DNA of 52,086 nucleotides, from assembly GCA_002424495.1 (NCBI GenBank), contig DIKH01000397.1, positions 54,222 through 106,307 on the forward strand. Reading direction: 5' to 3'. The notes beneath the pieces were generated by a model that searched no databases, was not told where the DNA came from, and saw nothing but the letters and a program-made list of their open reading frames with translations. This stretch comes from Desulfobacteraceae bacterium UBA5623. Lineage in GTDB: Bacteria > Desulfobacterota > DSM-4660 > Desulfatiglandales > Desulfatiglandaceae. This document shows, piece after piece, positions 35,680 through 44,856 of this stretch (position 1 is its first letter; each line of letters begins with the position of its first letter). The position numbers and the translations under genes were made by a program.

Positions 35680-38600
35680 ATGGGATCAGCTACAACAAAT
35701 AAAAGTGGGTCTGTAATGGTTGTGGGCGCCGGCATCGCCGGCATGCAGGCATCTTTGGATCTCGCTAATTCGGATTACAATGTATATCTGGTGGAAAAAT
35801 CTCCCACCATAGGCGGCCTGATGGCCAGGCTGGATAAGACATTCCCGACCAATGACTGCACCATGTGAGTTATCTCACCCAAACTGGTCGAGGTCGGCCG
35901 GCATCTGAACATCAACCTGATAACAAACAGTGAAGTAAAATCCATTGAAGGTGAGCCTGGAAATTTCTCCGTCACTCTCACCAAACATCCCCGTTACATT
36001 GATCCGGTCAAGTGCACCGGCTGCGGCGACTGCGCCAGGCATTGTCCGGTGGCCGCGGTCAACGAGATCAACAAGGGCATGAATGACAGAAGGGCTACAT
36101 ATATTGAATACGCCCAGGCTGTGCCTCTTGCCTATGCCATTGATCCCGATGCCTGTATCGGATGCGGCCTGTGTGAAAACACCTGCCTTGCAAAAGCGGT
36201 CAAGTACAACGATAAGGAAGAGGAAACCACGGTTACCGTGGGCTCTGTTATTCTTTCTCCCGGAACAAAAGGATATGATCCGTCAAATCTTGATTTTCTG
36301 GGCTACGGAAAATTCCCCAACGTGGTGACCAGTGAGGGTTTTGAAAGGATCCTTTCCGCGGGCGGCCCTTACTTCGGTCACGTCATGCGGCCCCTTGACA
36401 GGGAAGAGCCCAAGAGCATTGCATGGCTCCAGTGTGTCGGTTCAAGGGATATCAACAAATGCGGCAATGGCTACTGTTCTTCGGTATGCTGCATGTACGC
36501 CACAAAAGAGGCGATGATAGCCAAAGAGCATATACATGGGGATCTCGATGCCGTTATCTTCAATATGGATATGAGAACCTTCGGCAAGGACTATGAAAAA
36601 TATTTCCTCCGGGCAAGGGACAAGGAAGGTGTGCGTTATGTCAAGGCCCGTGTCCATACAATCAGCGAAGTGCCGGAGACAGGCGATCTTATTGTTCAGT
36701 ATGTTGATGAAAGCGGTGAAAGAAAGCAAGAGACATTTTCCATGGTGGTCCTGTCCGTCGGTTTAACCATCCCGGACAGTGCGGTGGAACTTGCGAAGAG
36801 GCTTAATATCGAGCTGAACCACTATAATTTTGTCGCTACTGATCCCTTTGCGCCGGTTGAGACCTCACAGCCCGGCATATATACATGCGGTGTATTTCAG
36901 GGACCGAAAGATATCCCCGGCTCAGTTACAGAGGCCAGCGCCGCCGCATGTCTTGCTGGCGCCGATCTTTCAGAGGCGAGAGGAACTGAGACCAAGACCG
37001 TTACAATCCCCGAACAAAAGGATGTAAGTGATCAGGAACCAAGGATCGGTGTCTTTGTGTGTAACTGCGGCATCAATATCGGAGGGATTGTTGATGTCCC
37101 CGCGGTGCAGGAATACGCTGGAAGACTTCCCAATGTGGTATTTACCGATTCAAACCTGTTTACCTGTTCCCAGGACACCCAGGAAAAGATAAAGGAAAAG
37201 ATCAAAGAGCATAATCTTAATCGTGTGGTGGTCGCCTCGTGCAGTCCCAAGACCCATGAGCCGATGTTTATGGAAACCCTGGAGGCATGCGGTCTGAACA
37301 GATATCTGTTCGAAATGGCCAATATCCGGAATCAGAACTCCTGGATACATTCCAAGGCGCCGGAGCTGGCCACGCAAAAGGCCAAGGACCTGGTAAGGAT
37401 GGCCGTTGCCAGGGCTGGAACTCTGAAACCGCTTGCACAAAAGGTCATATCCGTAACGCAAAAGGCCCTGGTGATAGGCGGAGGCGTCGCAGGCATGAAC
37501 GCCGCGCTGAACCTGGGAAGGCAGGGCTTTGATGTTATCCTGGTGGAAAAAGACGCCCAACTGGGCGGTTTTTCACGAAAGCTTCACCATACAATTGAGG
37601 GAGGAGACATCCTGGCGTATCTGGATAAACTGATCGGCCAGGTCAACGCCCATGAAAGGGTGGAGGTTATTACAGAGGCCAGGGTCACTGGTTTTGGAGG
37701 GTATAAAGGCAACTTTACAACCGATGTGGAGATCGGGCCTGGAAAAGAAAAGCGTACTATCAAACACGGTGTAATTATTGTTGCAACAGGCGCTGTTGAA
37801 TATCAACCGAAAGAATATTCTTATGGTGATGATGACAGAGTCGTAACTCAGATTGAACTGGCGGACAGGCTGGAAGAAAAGGGTGCATCAGACCTTAACA
37901 CGGTTGTGATGATCCAGTGTGTGGGCTCCAGGAATGACGAGATGCAGGAATGCTCCCGCATATGCTGTCAAAATGCCGTAAAAAACGCCCTTCATATCAA
38001 GAAAGAAAATCCCGACACCCAGGTCTTTGTTCTGTACAGGGACATTCGTACATATGGATTGCTTGAGGACTTTTACAAAGAGGCCAGGGAAAGGGGTGTT
38101 ATCTTTATAAGGTTTGAAAATGATGCGCCGCCAAAGGTCAAGGCCTCTGCCGAAGGGATACTTGTCTCTGTGAAGGATCATATTCTGCAACGGGATATTA
38201 CAATCCGTGCAGATCTTTTGGCCTTGAGCGCCGGGATGAGGGCGGCGGATACGGATGAGTTGAGCGGCATCATGAAACTAAACCGGAATCAGGAGGGCTA
38301 TTTTATTGAGGCGCACGTAAAGCTGCGGCCCGTTGACATGCCGGGAGAGGGGATCTTTCTGTGCGGAACAGCGCACGGCCCGAAGCTGATTTCTGAGGCG
38401 ATAAGCCAGTCTCAGGCGGCGGCGTCAAGGGCTACGACATTTCTTGCAAAGCCGGAGATAAAGCTGTCGGCGATCACGGCCAAGGTGGATACCGAGCACT
38501 GCGTAAAATGTCTGACATGTGTGCGCACCTGTCCGTTCGGCGTCCCGATGTTTAACACGGAGCTGGGGGTCATAGAAATTGATGACGCCTTGTGCCACGG

Positions 38601-38709
38601 GTGTGGGAGTTGCGCGAGCATATGCCCAAGGCAGACAATTAAACTGAGCTTTTATGAAGATGATCAACTGGCGTGCAAAATTGATGCATTGCTGGCAGGG
38701 GGTATGTAA
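35680..38709 (+). CDS. hdrA: Large HdrA-like flavoprotein, paralogue 2, selenocysteine-containing
   Basis: Track ORFs 35656..35868 and 36049..38709 share a frame. TGA 35866..35868 lies in FPTNDCTM-[TGA][12 protein letters not shown]. The architecture matches hdrA-1 ([18 protein letters not shown], ferredoxin Cys motifs). ATG 35680 is preceded by AGGGGAG. Confidence 0.8.
35884..35901 (+). promoter_or_regulatory. Candidate SECIS stem-loop for hdrA-2
   Basis: CUGGUCG-AGGU-CGGCCGG forms 7 bp. It is the same element as at 32046..32065. Confidence 0.45.
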
Positions 38710-39122
38710 TGACGGATTTTGAACCTACAATCATAGCTTTTTGCTGTGAATTCTGAGGATACTCTGCCGCGGACCTGGCAGGTTCCATGCGACTTGACTA
38801 TCCTTCAAACATCAAGATAATCCGGGTGCCTTGCACAGGAAAGGTTGATGTGATGCATCTTTTGAGGGCGATACAAAAGGGAGCGGACGGCGTTTATGCG
38901 GTGGGTTGCCTGGAAGGGGCGTGCCATTATAATGAAGGAAACCTGAGGGCGCGTGAAAGGGTCAATCATGTCCGAAGGCTGCTTGAAGAAATAGGGATTG
39001 AAGGAGACAGGGTCAGGATGTATAATCTTTCTTCCGGTGAAGGCCCGACCTTTGCAGCCTATGCACGGGAAATGGCGGAAAATATCAAGATGCTCGGGCC
39101 AAATCCTTTGAAGAAACATTAA
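38709..39122 (+). CDS. mvhD: MvhD-like protein, paralogue 2, selenocysteine-containing
   Basis: ATG 38709 overlaps the hdrA-2 stop (TAATG). The frame reads [15 protein letters not shown]-[TGA 38754..38756]-GYSAADLAG..., then continues into track ORF 38787..39122 (IRVPCTGKV...VGCLEGACHY). The TGA replaces the second Cys of the FCCNWC motif. Confidence 0.75.
38763..38782 (+). promoter_or_regulatory. Candidate SECIS stem-loop for mvhD-2
   Basis: UCUGCC-GCGGACCU-GGCAGG forms 6 bp including one G-U pair. It starts 7 nt after the UGA and is weaker than the other three. Confidence 0.3.
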
Positions 39123-39169
39123 TAGTTAGGGTAGCATATCTGTGGCCTTGTGCGACAACAGGAGGAAGT

Positions 39170-39850
39170 ATGATAGTTGCCAAAAGAAAACCCTTTGATG
39201 AAATAAAAGATTTCCTGAAGGACTACAAAAAGGTCCTGACAGCGGGTTGCGGAACCTGCGTGGCGGTTTGTCTTGCGGGCGGTGAAAAGGAGGTCTCTGT
39301 TTTAAACGCCGAACTCGATATGGCCAGAAGGCTGGATAATAAGCCGATTGAACTTGGCGCAATCACCATTGAGAGACAGTGCGACAGAGAATACCTGGAG
39401 GCCCTCGATTCAATGGTGGAAGGCTATGATGCTGTTTTGTCCCTGGCCTGCGGCGCCGGCATACAGTTCCTTGCCGAAAGATATCCGGAAAAGCCGGTGT
39501 TTCCCGGTGTGGATACCACCTTCATAGGCGTCAATCAGGACGTGGGCTGGTATGAGGAGAGGTGTCGCTCGTGCAGCAGCTGCGTCTTGGGAATGACCGC
39601 GGGCATCTGCCCTGTTACCATGTGCGCCAAGGGCTTATACAACGGTCCGTGCGGCGGGACAAATAAAGGCAGTTGTGAAATCAGTAAAGATCAGCCCTGC
39701 GCCTGGTATATGATCTATGAGCGTCTGTCAAAACAAAACAGGCTTGACAACATATTGAAAATTACCCCTGTCCAGGATTGGCAAAACCAGAAGCCAAGAA
39801 CGGTTATACAGCCGGGGTATAAGACTTCAGAGAATAGTGCAGAAAAATAG
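39170..39850 (+). CDS. metV: Methylene-tetrahydrofolate reductase C-terminal-domain (Cys-rich) protein MetV
   Basis: 226 aa with multiple Cys clusters (GCGTCVAVCLAGG, CRSCSSCVLGMTAGICPVTMC, GPCGG). It lies directly upstream of metF, as in acetogen and sulfate-reducer metVF loci. Confidence 0.7.
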   Translation: MIVAKRKPFDEIKDFLKDYKKVLTAGCGTCVAVCLAGGEKEVSVLNAELDMARRLDNKPIELGAITIERQCDREYLEALDSMVEGYDAVLSLACGAGIQFLAERYPEKPVFPGVDTTFIGVNQDVGWYEERCRSCSSCVLGMTAGICPVTMCAKGLYNGPCGGTNKGSCEISKDQPCAWYMIYERLSKQNRLDNILKITPVQDWQNQKPRTVIQPGYKTSENSAEK

Positions 39851-39882
39851 GATCAGACATTATCATCTGAGAGGAAGTTAAA

Positions 39883-40806
39883 ATGAAATCAGAAAGCAAT
39901 CTGGAAAAGGTATTGTCCGCCGGTCATTTCGCATTTACAGGCGAGCTGGGTCCTCCCAGGGGAACCAATGCCGAAGAGGTGAGGAAAAAGGCCGCTTTTT
40001 TAAAGGGTAATGTTGATGCCGTAAACATCACGGATAATCAAACCGCAGTGGTTCGCATGTCAAGCTGGGCCGCTTCTTTAATATTGATCCAGGAGGGCCT
40101 GGAGCCCAATTTCCAGATGGTATGCCGCGATCGTAACAGGCTTGCCATGCAGAGCGATATCTTGGGTGCAAGCGCCCACGGTATCAAGAATATGCTCTGT
40201 CTTTCAGGTGACCATCAGAGTTTTGGCGATCACCCTATGGCAAAGTCGGTATTCGACATAGACTCTATACAGCTGATAGGCATGGTAAAGCAAATGCGGG
40301 ACGAGGGCACCTTTTTAAGCGGCAATAAACTGGATGAGCCCCCAAAGATGTTTATCGGCGCCGCCGCCAATCCCTTTGCGGAGCCTTATGAATGGAGGGC
40401 GCTCAGACTTGCGAAAAAGATAGCGGCTGGTGCGGATTTTGTACAAACCCAGTGCATCTACAATATGGACAGGTTCAGGGAGTTTATGAAGAGGGCTGTG
40501 GATATGGGCCTTACGGAAAAGTGTTATATTCTGGCTGGTGTAACGCCATTGAAAAGTGTTGGTATGGCGAAGTACATGGCTGGTTCCGTTCCTGGCATGG
40601 ATGTCCCTGATGAATTGATTGAACGGGTAAAGGGGGCCGGAAAGGGGAAGGCTGCTGAAGAAGGCATTAAGATCGCTGTGGAACAGATTCAGGAGTTTAA
40701 GGAGATGGAAGGGGTGGCAGGTGTCCATCTCATGGCAATAGAATGGGAACACAGGGTGCCCGAAATTGCCAAGATGGCAGGAGTCCTTCCAAGGCCAGTA
40801 GTTTAA
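39883..40806 (+). CDS. metF: 5,10-methylenetetrahydrofolate reductase MetF
   Basis: 307 aa with an MTHFR-like sequence (FTGELGPPRG...VDAVNITDNQ...LCLSGDH...FIGAAANPF). The context is metV plus hdrA/mvhD. Confidence 0.8.
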   Translation: MKSESNLEKVLSAGHFAFTGELGPPRGTNAEEVRKKAAFLKGNVDAVNITDNQTAVVRMSSWAASLILIQEGLEPNFQMVCRDRNRLAMQSDILGASAHGIKNMLCLSGDHQSFGDHPMAKSVFDIDSIQLIGMVKQMRDEGTFLSGNKLDEPPKMFIGAAANPFAEPYEWRALRLAKKIAAGADFVQTQCIYNMDRFREFMKRAVDMGLTEKCYILAGVTPLKSVGMAKYMAGSVPGMDVPDELIERVKGAGKGKAAEEGIKIAVEQIQEFKEMEGVAGVHLMAIEWEHRVPEIAKMAGVLPRPVV

Positions 40807-40988
40807 TAACACGTTATACAACGGAATGTGTGGGGGTCGGCAGAAACAGCTGATCCATTGAAATGGTGTGCCCGTAGTGGGAAGTATCTGCTCAAGCTGA
40901 CAAAGGAATGACAATGCCAGCCCAGTACAAACCCATCGTACTCCAACATTTCAATTGCCAAAAAAGGTCTTACCGGCTTATAGTATCG

Positions 40989-41032
40989 CCCGGAAGATTG
41001 TTTGAAGGATAGACAATCTTTCGGGTTTTTTT
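40989..41032 (+). terminator. Rho-independent terminator of the hdrA-metF cluster
   Basis: A 13-14-bp stem cccggaagattgt(t) / (g)acaatctttcggg with a 9-nt loop, followed by T7. Confidence 0.8.
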
Positions 41033-41136
41033 GTTTGGTGTCCGGTTAAAGGAAACCCTGGAAGGCTGTCCGAAAAGTCAACAGCCATTTTTTGACACCC
41101 TCACTTTGGCCCTAAAAATTTATTGCTGTCTTTACT

Positions 41137-41391
41137 ATGATCTTCAGCACCGCAAACGGAAAATCATTTGATACAGACAAAGATCTGACTGCACCCGAAC
41201 GTCATATCTTACAAAAATTGTTTCTTTGGGAGACCATGTCCTCCAGCATTGACGAATTTAAAGAAAAAAAAGATGTTGCACTTTTGGCCGGGTGGAATAA
41301 TTCAGGCCCTATAAGTGAAGGCCCAGCCCTGAGGACCATAATTCTGGAACTTGAAAAACGTGTAACTGAGCGTATTGGTAAGAAGAACTGA
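41137..41391 (+). CDS. Hypothetical small protein
   Basis: 84-aa ORF ending 1 nt before the histidine-kinase ATG. No motif recognised. Confidence 0.4.
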   Translation: MIFSTANGKSFDTDKDLTAPERHILQKLFLWETMSSSIDEFKEKKDVALLAGWNNSGPISEGPALRTIILELEKRVTERIGKKN

Positions 41392-41392
41392 C

Positions 41393-43372
41393 ATGGACAC
41401 CGATAATCCTACAAACAGAGACATCAATAATGCGCTGAAGATCATCAGGGGCAGGCAGGCTGAAGTGCCCCTTAATGTCGCTATTGTGGGAGGTGGAAAG
41501 GCATGCCGGAGTCTTCTTGAAATTCTAGACAGTGATCGTCTGGCAAGGATCAACATGAATATTATTGGAGTCTCGGATGAAAATCCGCAGGCCCCGGGCC
41601 TTCTTTATGCCAAGGAAAGAGGGCTTTATACCACTTCCGACTTCAAGGATCTTTTTTCTCTCCAGAACATAAATATGATAATCGAGATTACAGGCTCAGA
41701 AAAGATAAAGGATCAACTTTATGACTTAAGATCGCTTGGAGTGGCTATTTTGGATCACGTGGCATCCCGTGTAGTATGGGACCTTTTTCAGACCGAGGTA
41801 GAAAAGACCGAGCTTGAAAAAGAACGGAAGAGATATGAACTCAATAGTACAAAAAAGATGCAGATTATACTTGACTCCCTTCCCTACCGTATCATGGTGG
41901 TCAATATGGATAAGACCGTTGATACGGTCAATAAGACATTTTTAAAAGAATTCAACCTTGGCAGTAAGGATATTGCTGGCACATATTGTTATCAGTTGAG
42001 GTATAATCTGGACAGATCATGCAAGGAAGAAGGCCGTACCTGCTATCTGGAAGACAGGACAACTGACCTCGAACATAAAGCAAGCGTAAGTACATTAAGG
42101 GAGTTTGAGGACGAAAACGGAGAAACACGCTTCGAGGTGATCACAATAGCCCCGATTTTTGACGACAACGGAAAGCTTGTTCAAATACTGGAGGTGTCAA
42201 GGGATGTTACAGAGAGGGCTAAGCTTGAAAAGGAAGTGGAGAAATCCAATAAATTCTTTGAAAACGTGATTCAAAGCACCGTGGATGGCATTGTGGTTGT
42301 AGACACAAAAGGCAATGTCCTGATCTTCAACGAGGGCATGGAAAGGCTTACGGGTCATTCCGCGGAAGATATCATAAAACGGGGCCATCTGAGCACCTTC
42401 TATGACATGGATGTTGCCAAGGAAAACATGCAGAAGATGCGAAGCAGCGAGCATGGGCCTGTCGGCAGACTCAATCCAACACCCATGAACGTTAAGACCA
42501 AAGACGGTAAAGAGATACCTGTGACACTGTCTGCCTCCATTATTACAATAGACGGAAAGGAGATCGGAAGCGTCGGGGTGTTCACGGACATGCGGGAGAT
42601 ATTCAAGATGCGCAGGGACCTGGAAGAGGCGCATCTGCAACTGGTCCAGACTGAAAAGATCGCTTCGGTAGGGAGAATGGCGGCTGGCGTCGCGCACGAG
42701 ATCAACAACCCGCTTTCCGGGGCGCTTATTTACGCCGAACTCCTAAAGGAAGATCTTAAGAATCAGCCTGAACGCTTAAATGATGTTCAGGAAATTATTG
42801 ACCAGACACTGCGCTGCAAGAAGATTGTTGCTGAGATGCTTGAGTTCAGCCGTCAGTCCGTCGGTAAGACCTCATCATTCAGTTTGGAGTATCTCATCAA
42901 TAAGTGTTTAAATCTCCTTATAAACCAGGCCATTTTTCAGGATATAATGGTTGTGAAGAATATCGAGCCCAACATGCCGGAAATGGTGGGCGACATGGGG
43001 CAGTTGCAGCAGGTATTCACCAATCTGTTTATCAATGCCGCACACGCCATGGAATCAAAAGGGACTCTGAGCATAGAGGCAAAGTACAGCAGGGATAATT
43101 CTATTTTTATTATCAAGGTCTCTGATACAGGCCCAGGCATCCCCGTTGAACTAAGAGACAAGATATTTGAGATTTTTTTCACCACAAAACCTGTTGGATC
43201 AGGCACAGGGCTCGGTTTGAGCATATCGCAAAACATTATAAAACTCCACGGTGGAAAAATTTCATTTGACTGCCCCACCGAAGGAGGGACCATCTTCACG
43301 ATAGAATTGCCTTTTGAATTTAAAGAGCAAGAGTTGTCAACCAATGAACCTGTATTTATAGGATTGGATTGA
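41393..43372 (+). CDS. Cytoplasmic sensor histidine kinase (N-terminal Rossmann-like domain, PAS domains, HisKA, HATPase_c)
   Basis: The H-box is AAGVAHEINNPL, with G-boxes DTGPGI and GSGTGLGLS. No obvious TM segments. I prefer ATG 41393 over the TTG at 41375. Confidence 0.85.
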   Translation: MDTDNPTNRDINNALKIIRGRQAEVPLNVAIVGGGKACRSLLEILDSDRLARINMNIIGVSDENPQAPGLLYAKERGLYTTSDFKDLFSLQNINMIIEITGSEKIKDQLYDLRSLGVAILDHVASRVVWDLFQTEVEKTELEKERKRYELNSTKKMQIILDSLPYRIMVVNMDKTVDTVNKTFLKEFNLGSKDIAGTYCYQLRYNLDRSCKEEGRTCYLEDRTTDLEHKASVSTLREFEDENGETRFEVITIAPIFDDNGKLVQILEVSRDVTERAKLEKEVEKSNKFFENVIQSTVDGIVVVDTKGNVLIFNEGMERLTGHSAEDIIKRGHLSTFYDMDVAKENMQKMRSSEHGPVGRLNPTPMNVKTKDGKEIPVTLSASIITIDGKEIGSVGVFTDMREIFKMRRDLEEAHLQLVQTEKIASVGRMAAGVAHEINNPLSGALIYAELLKEDLKNQPERLNDVQEIIDQTLRCKKIVAEMLEFSRQSVGKTSSFSLEYLINKCLNLLINQAIFQDIMVVKNIEPNMPEMVGDMGQLQQVFTNLFINAAHAMESKGTLSIEAKYSRDNSIFIIKVSDTGPGIPVELRDKIFEIFFTTKPVGSGTGLGLSISQNIIKLHGGKISFDCPTEGGTIFTIELPFEFKEQELSTNEPVFIGLD

Positions 43373-44856
43373 TTATGGACGAGAAAGATATTATTCGGAT
43401 CCTGGTTGCGGACGATGAAAAACCCATCAGGGACGGATGTAATCGTGTTTTGACCGCCAAAGGCTTTGATGTCCTTGTTGCAGAAAACGGCAAGATCGCC
43501 CTTGATCTCTTTGAAAAGGAAGACATATCAATCTTACTGCTTGATCTCAAGATGCCTGTTATTGGAGGCGAAGAGGTCCTTAAAGTCATTGTCGAAAGAC
43601 ATCAGGATGTCCCGGTAATCATCATTACAGGTCATGGCACTGTGGACACGGCAGTAGAGTGTATGAAAAAAGGTGCCTACGATTTTATAACCAAACCATT
43701 TCAGATCGAACATTTTCTGGCAACAATAAACCGCGCTGCAGAAAAAAGGAGGCTGGAACAGAAGGCAAGACAACTACAGCAGGAAAATGTCCGTAACCTT
43801 TACGACCTCGATCTTGAAAAAAGCCGCTTGAAAACCATTATCAATTATATGGCCAACGGTGTCATTGTGACTAACCGCAACATGGAGGCAGTCCTTTACA
43901 ATCCTGCAATAATGAGGTTGCTTGATGTATCAAAACAAGTTTCCAATCCTGTTCCCGCCAGTGAACTGATCGAGGACGATTCCCTGATCAACAACCTTAA
44001 GAAAATACTGAGTGATGACCTATCGGATAATGAATGTATTTCTCAGGAGATCCAAACGAGGAACTATTTTCTAAGGGCGATTTCAGCCCCTGTACTTGGG
44101 CCGGATTCAGGCGTGGTCGGCGCTGTAACAGTACTTGAAAACATCACTGCATTTAAACAACTCGACCAGATGAAATCGGATTTTGTCAATCTTGTCGCTC
44201 ATGAGCTTCGCAGTCCGCTCGTTGCAATCAGGCAGTTAAACAGTGTCATCCTGGATGGACTTGCCGGTCCCCTGGGCGAAAAACAGACGGAATTTATCAA
44301 CAGAGGAGTAAAAAAAATAGACGCCCTTCTTGCATTGATAAATGATCTGCTTGATGTGGCCAAGATTGAGGCCGGCCAATATGTTCAGCATCTTGCCCCC
44401 ACAGACCTGGGCAAGATAATCGAGGAAATTGTTGCGTTACTAGAGCCGAGGGCAAAAAAACAGGGTGTTAATCTGACCTTTTCGTATGAAGACCTGAAAC
44501 CGGTTCAATCTGATCCCAAAAACATGGAAGAAATCTTCAATAATCTTATCAGCAATGCCATTAACTATTCTCCGGGCGGAGGGGATGTCAGTGTTACTGC
44601 CCGTGGCCTTGGTGAGTATATTGAAATCAAGGTCAAGGATACCGGGGTAGGCATTGCCCCTGAAGAACTGCCAAAAATCTTTAACAAGTTTTATCGGGTA
44701 AAAAGCCCCAAAACACGTGATGTAATGGGTACTGGGCTTGGCCTTTCTATTGTAAAAGGGGTAGTGGATGCCCATCATGGTACTATTGATGTGGAAAGTG
44801 TGGAAGGAAAAGGAACAACCTTCAAAATCCTGCTTCCTGTTATGATGGAATCATAA
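43369..44856 (+). CDS. Hybrid response-regulator / PAS / histidine kinase
   Basis: The receiver reads ILVADDE...LLLDLKMP. The H-box is VAHELRSPL and the HATPase is DTGVGI...GTGLGLSIV. The ATGA overlaps the upstream kinase. Confidence 0.85.
   Translation: MIMDEKDIIRILVADDEKPIRDGCNRVLTAKGFDVLVAENGKIALDLFEKEDISILLLDLKMPVIGGEEVLKVIVERHQDVPVIIITGHGTVDTAVECMKKGAYDFITKPFQIEHFLATINRAAEKRRLEQKARQLQQENVRNLYDLDLEKSRLKTIINYMANGVIVTNRNMEAVLYNPAIMRLLDVSKQVSNPVPASELIEDDSLINNLKKILSDDLSDNECISQEIQTRNYFLRAISAPVLGPDSGVVGAVTVLENITAFKQLDQMKSDFVNLVAHELRSPLVAIRQLNSVILDGLAGPLGEKQTEFINRGVKKIDALLALINDLLDVAKIEAGQYVQHLAPTDLGKIIEEIVALLEPRAKKQGVNLTFSYEDLKPVQSDPKNMEEIFNNLISNAINYSPGGGDVSVTARGLGEYIEIKVKDTGVGIAPEELPKIFNKFYRVKSPKTRDVMGTGLGLSIVKGVVDAHHGTIDVESVEGKGTTFKILLPVMMES

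Noticed and set aside
41092-41119. Sigma-70-like TTGACA followed 16 nt later by AAAAAT, upstream of the 84-aa ORF and histidine kinase.
   Set aside because: The -35 is good, but the -10 matches TATAAT only 4/6. It is plausible but not supportable by eye.
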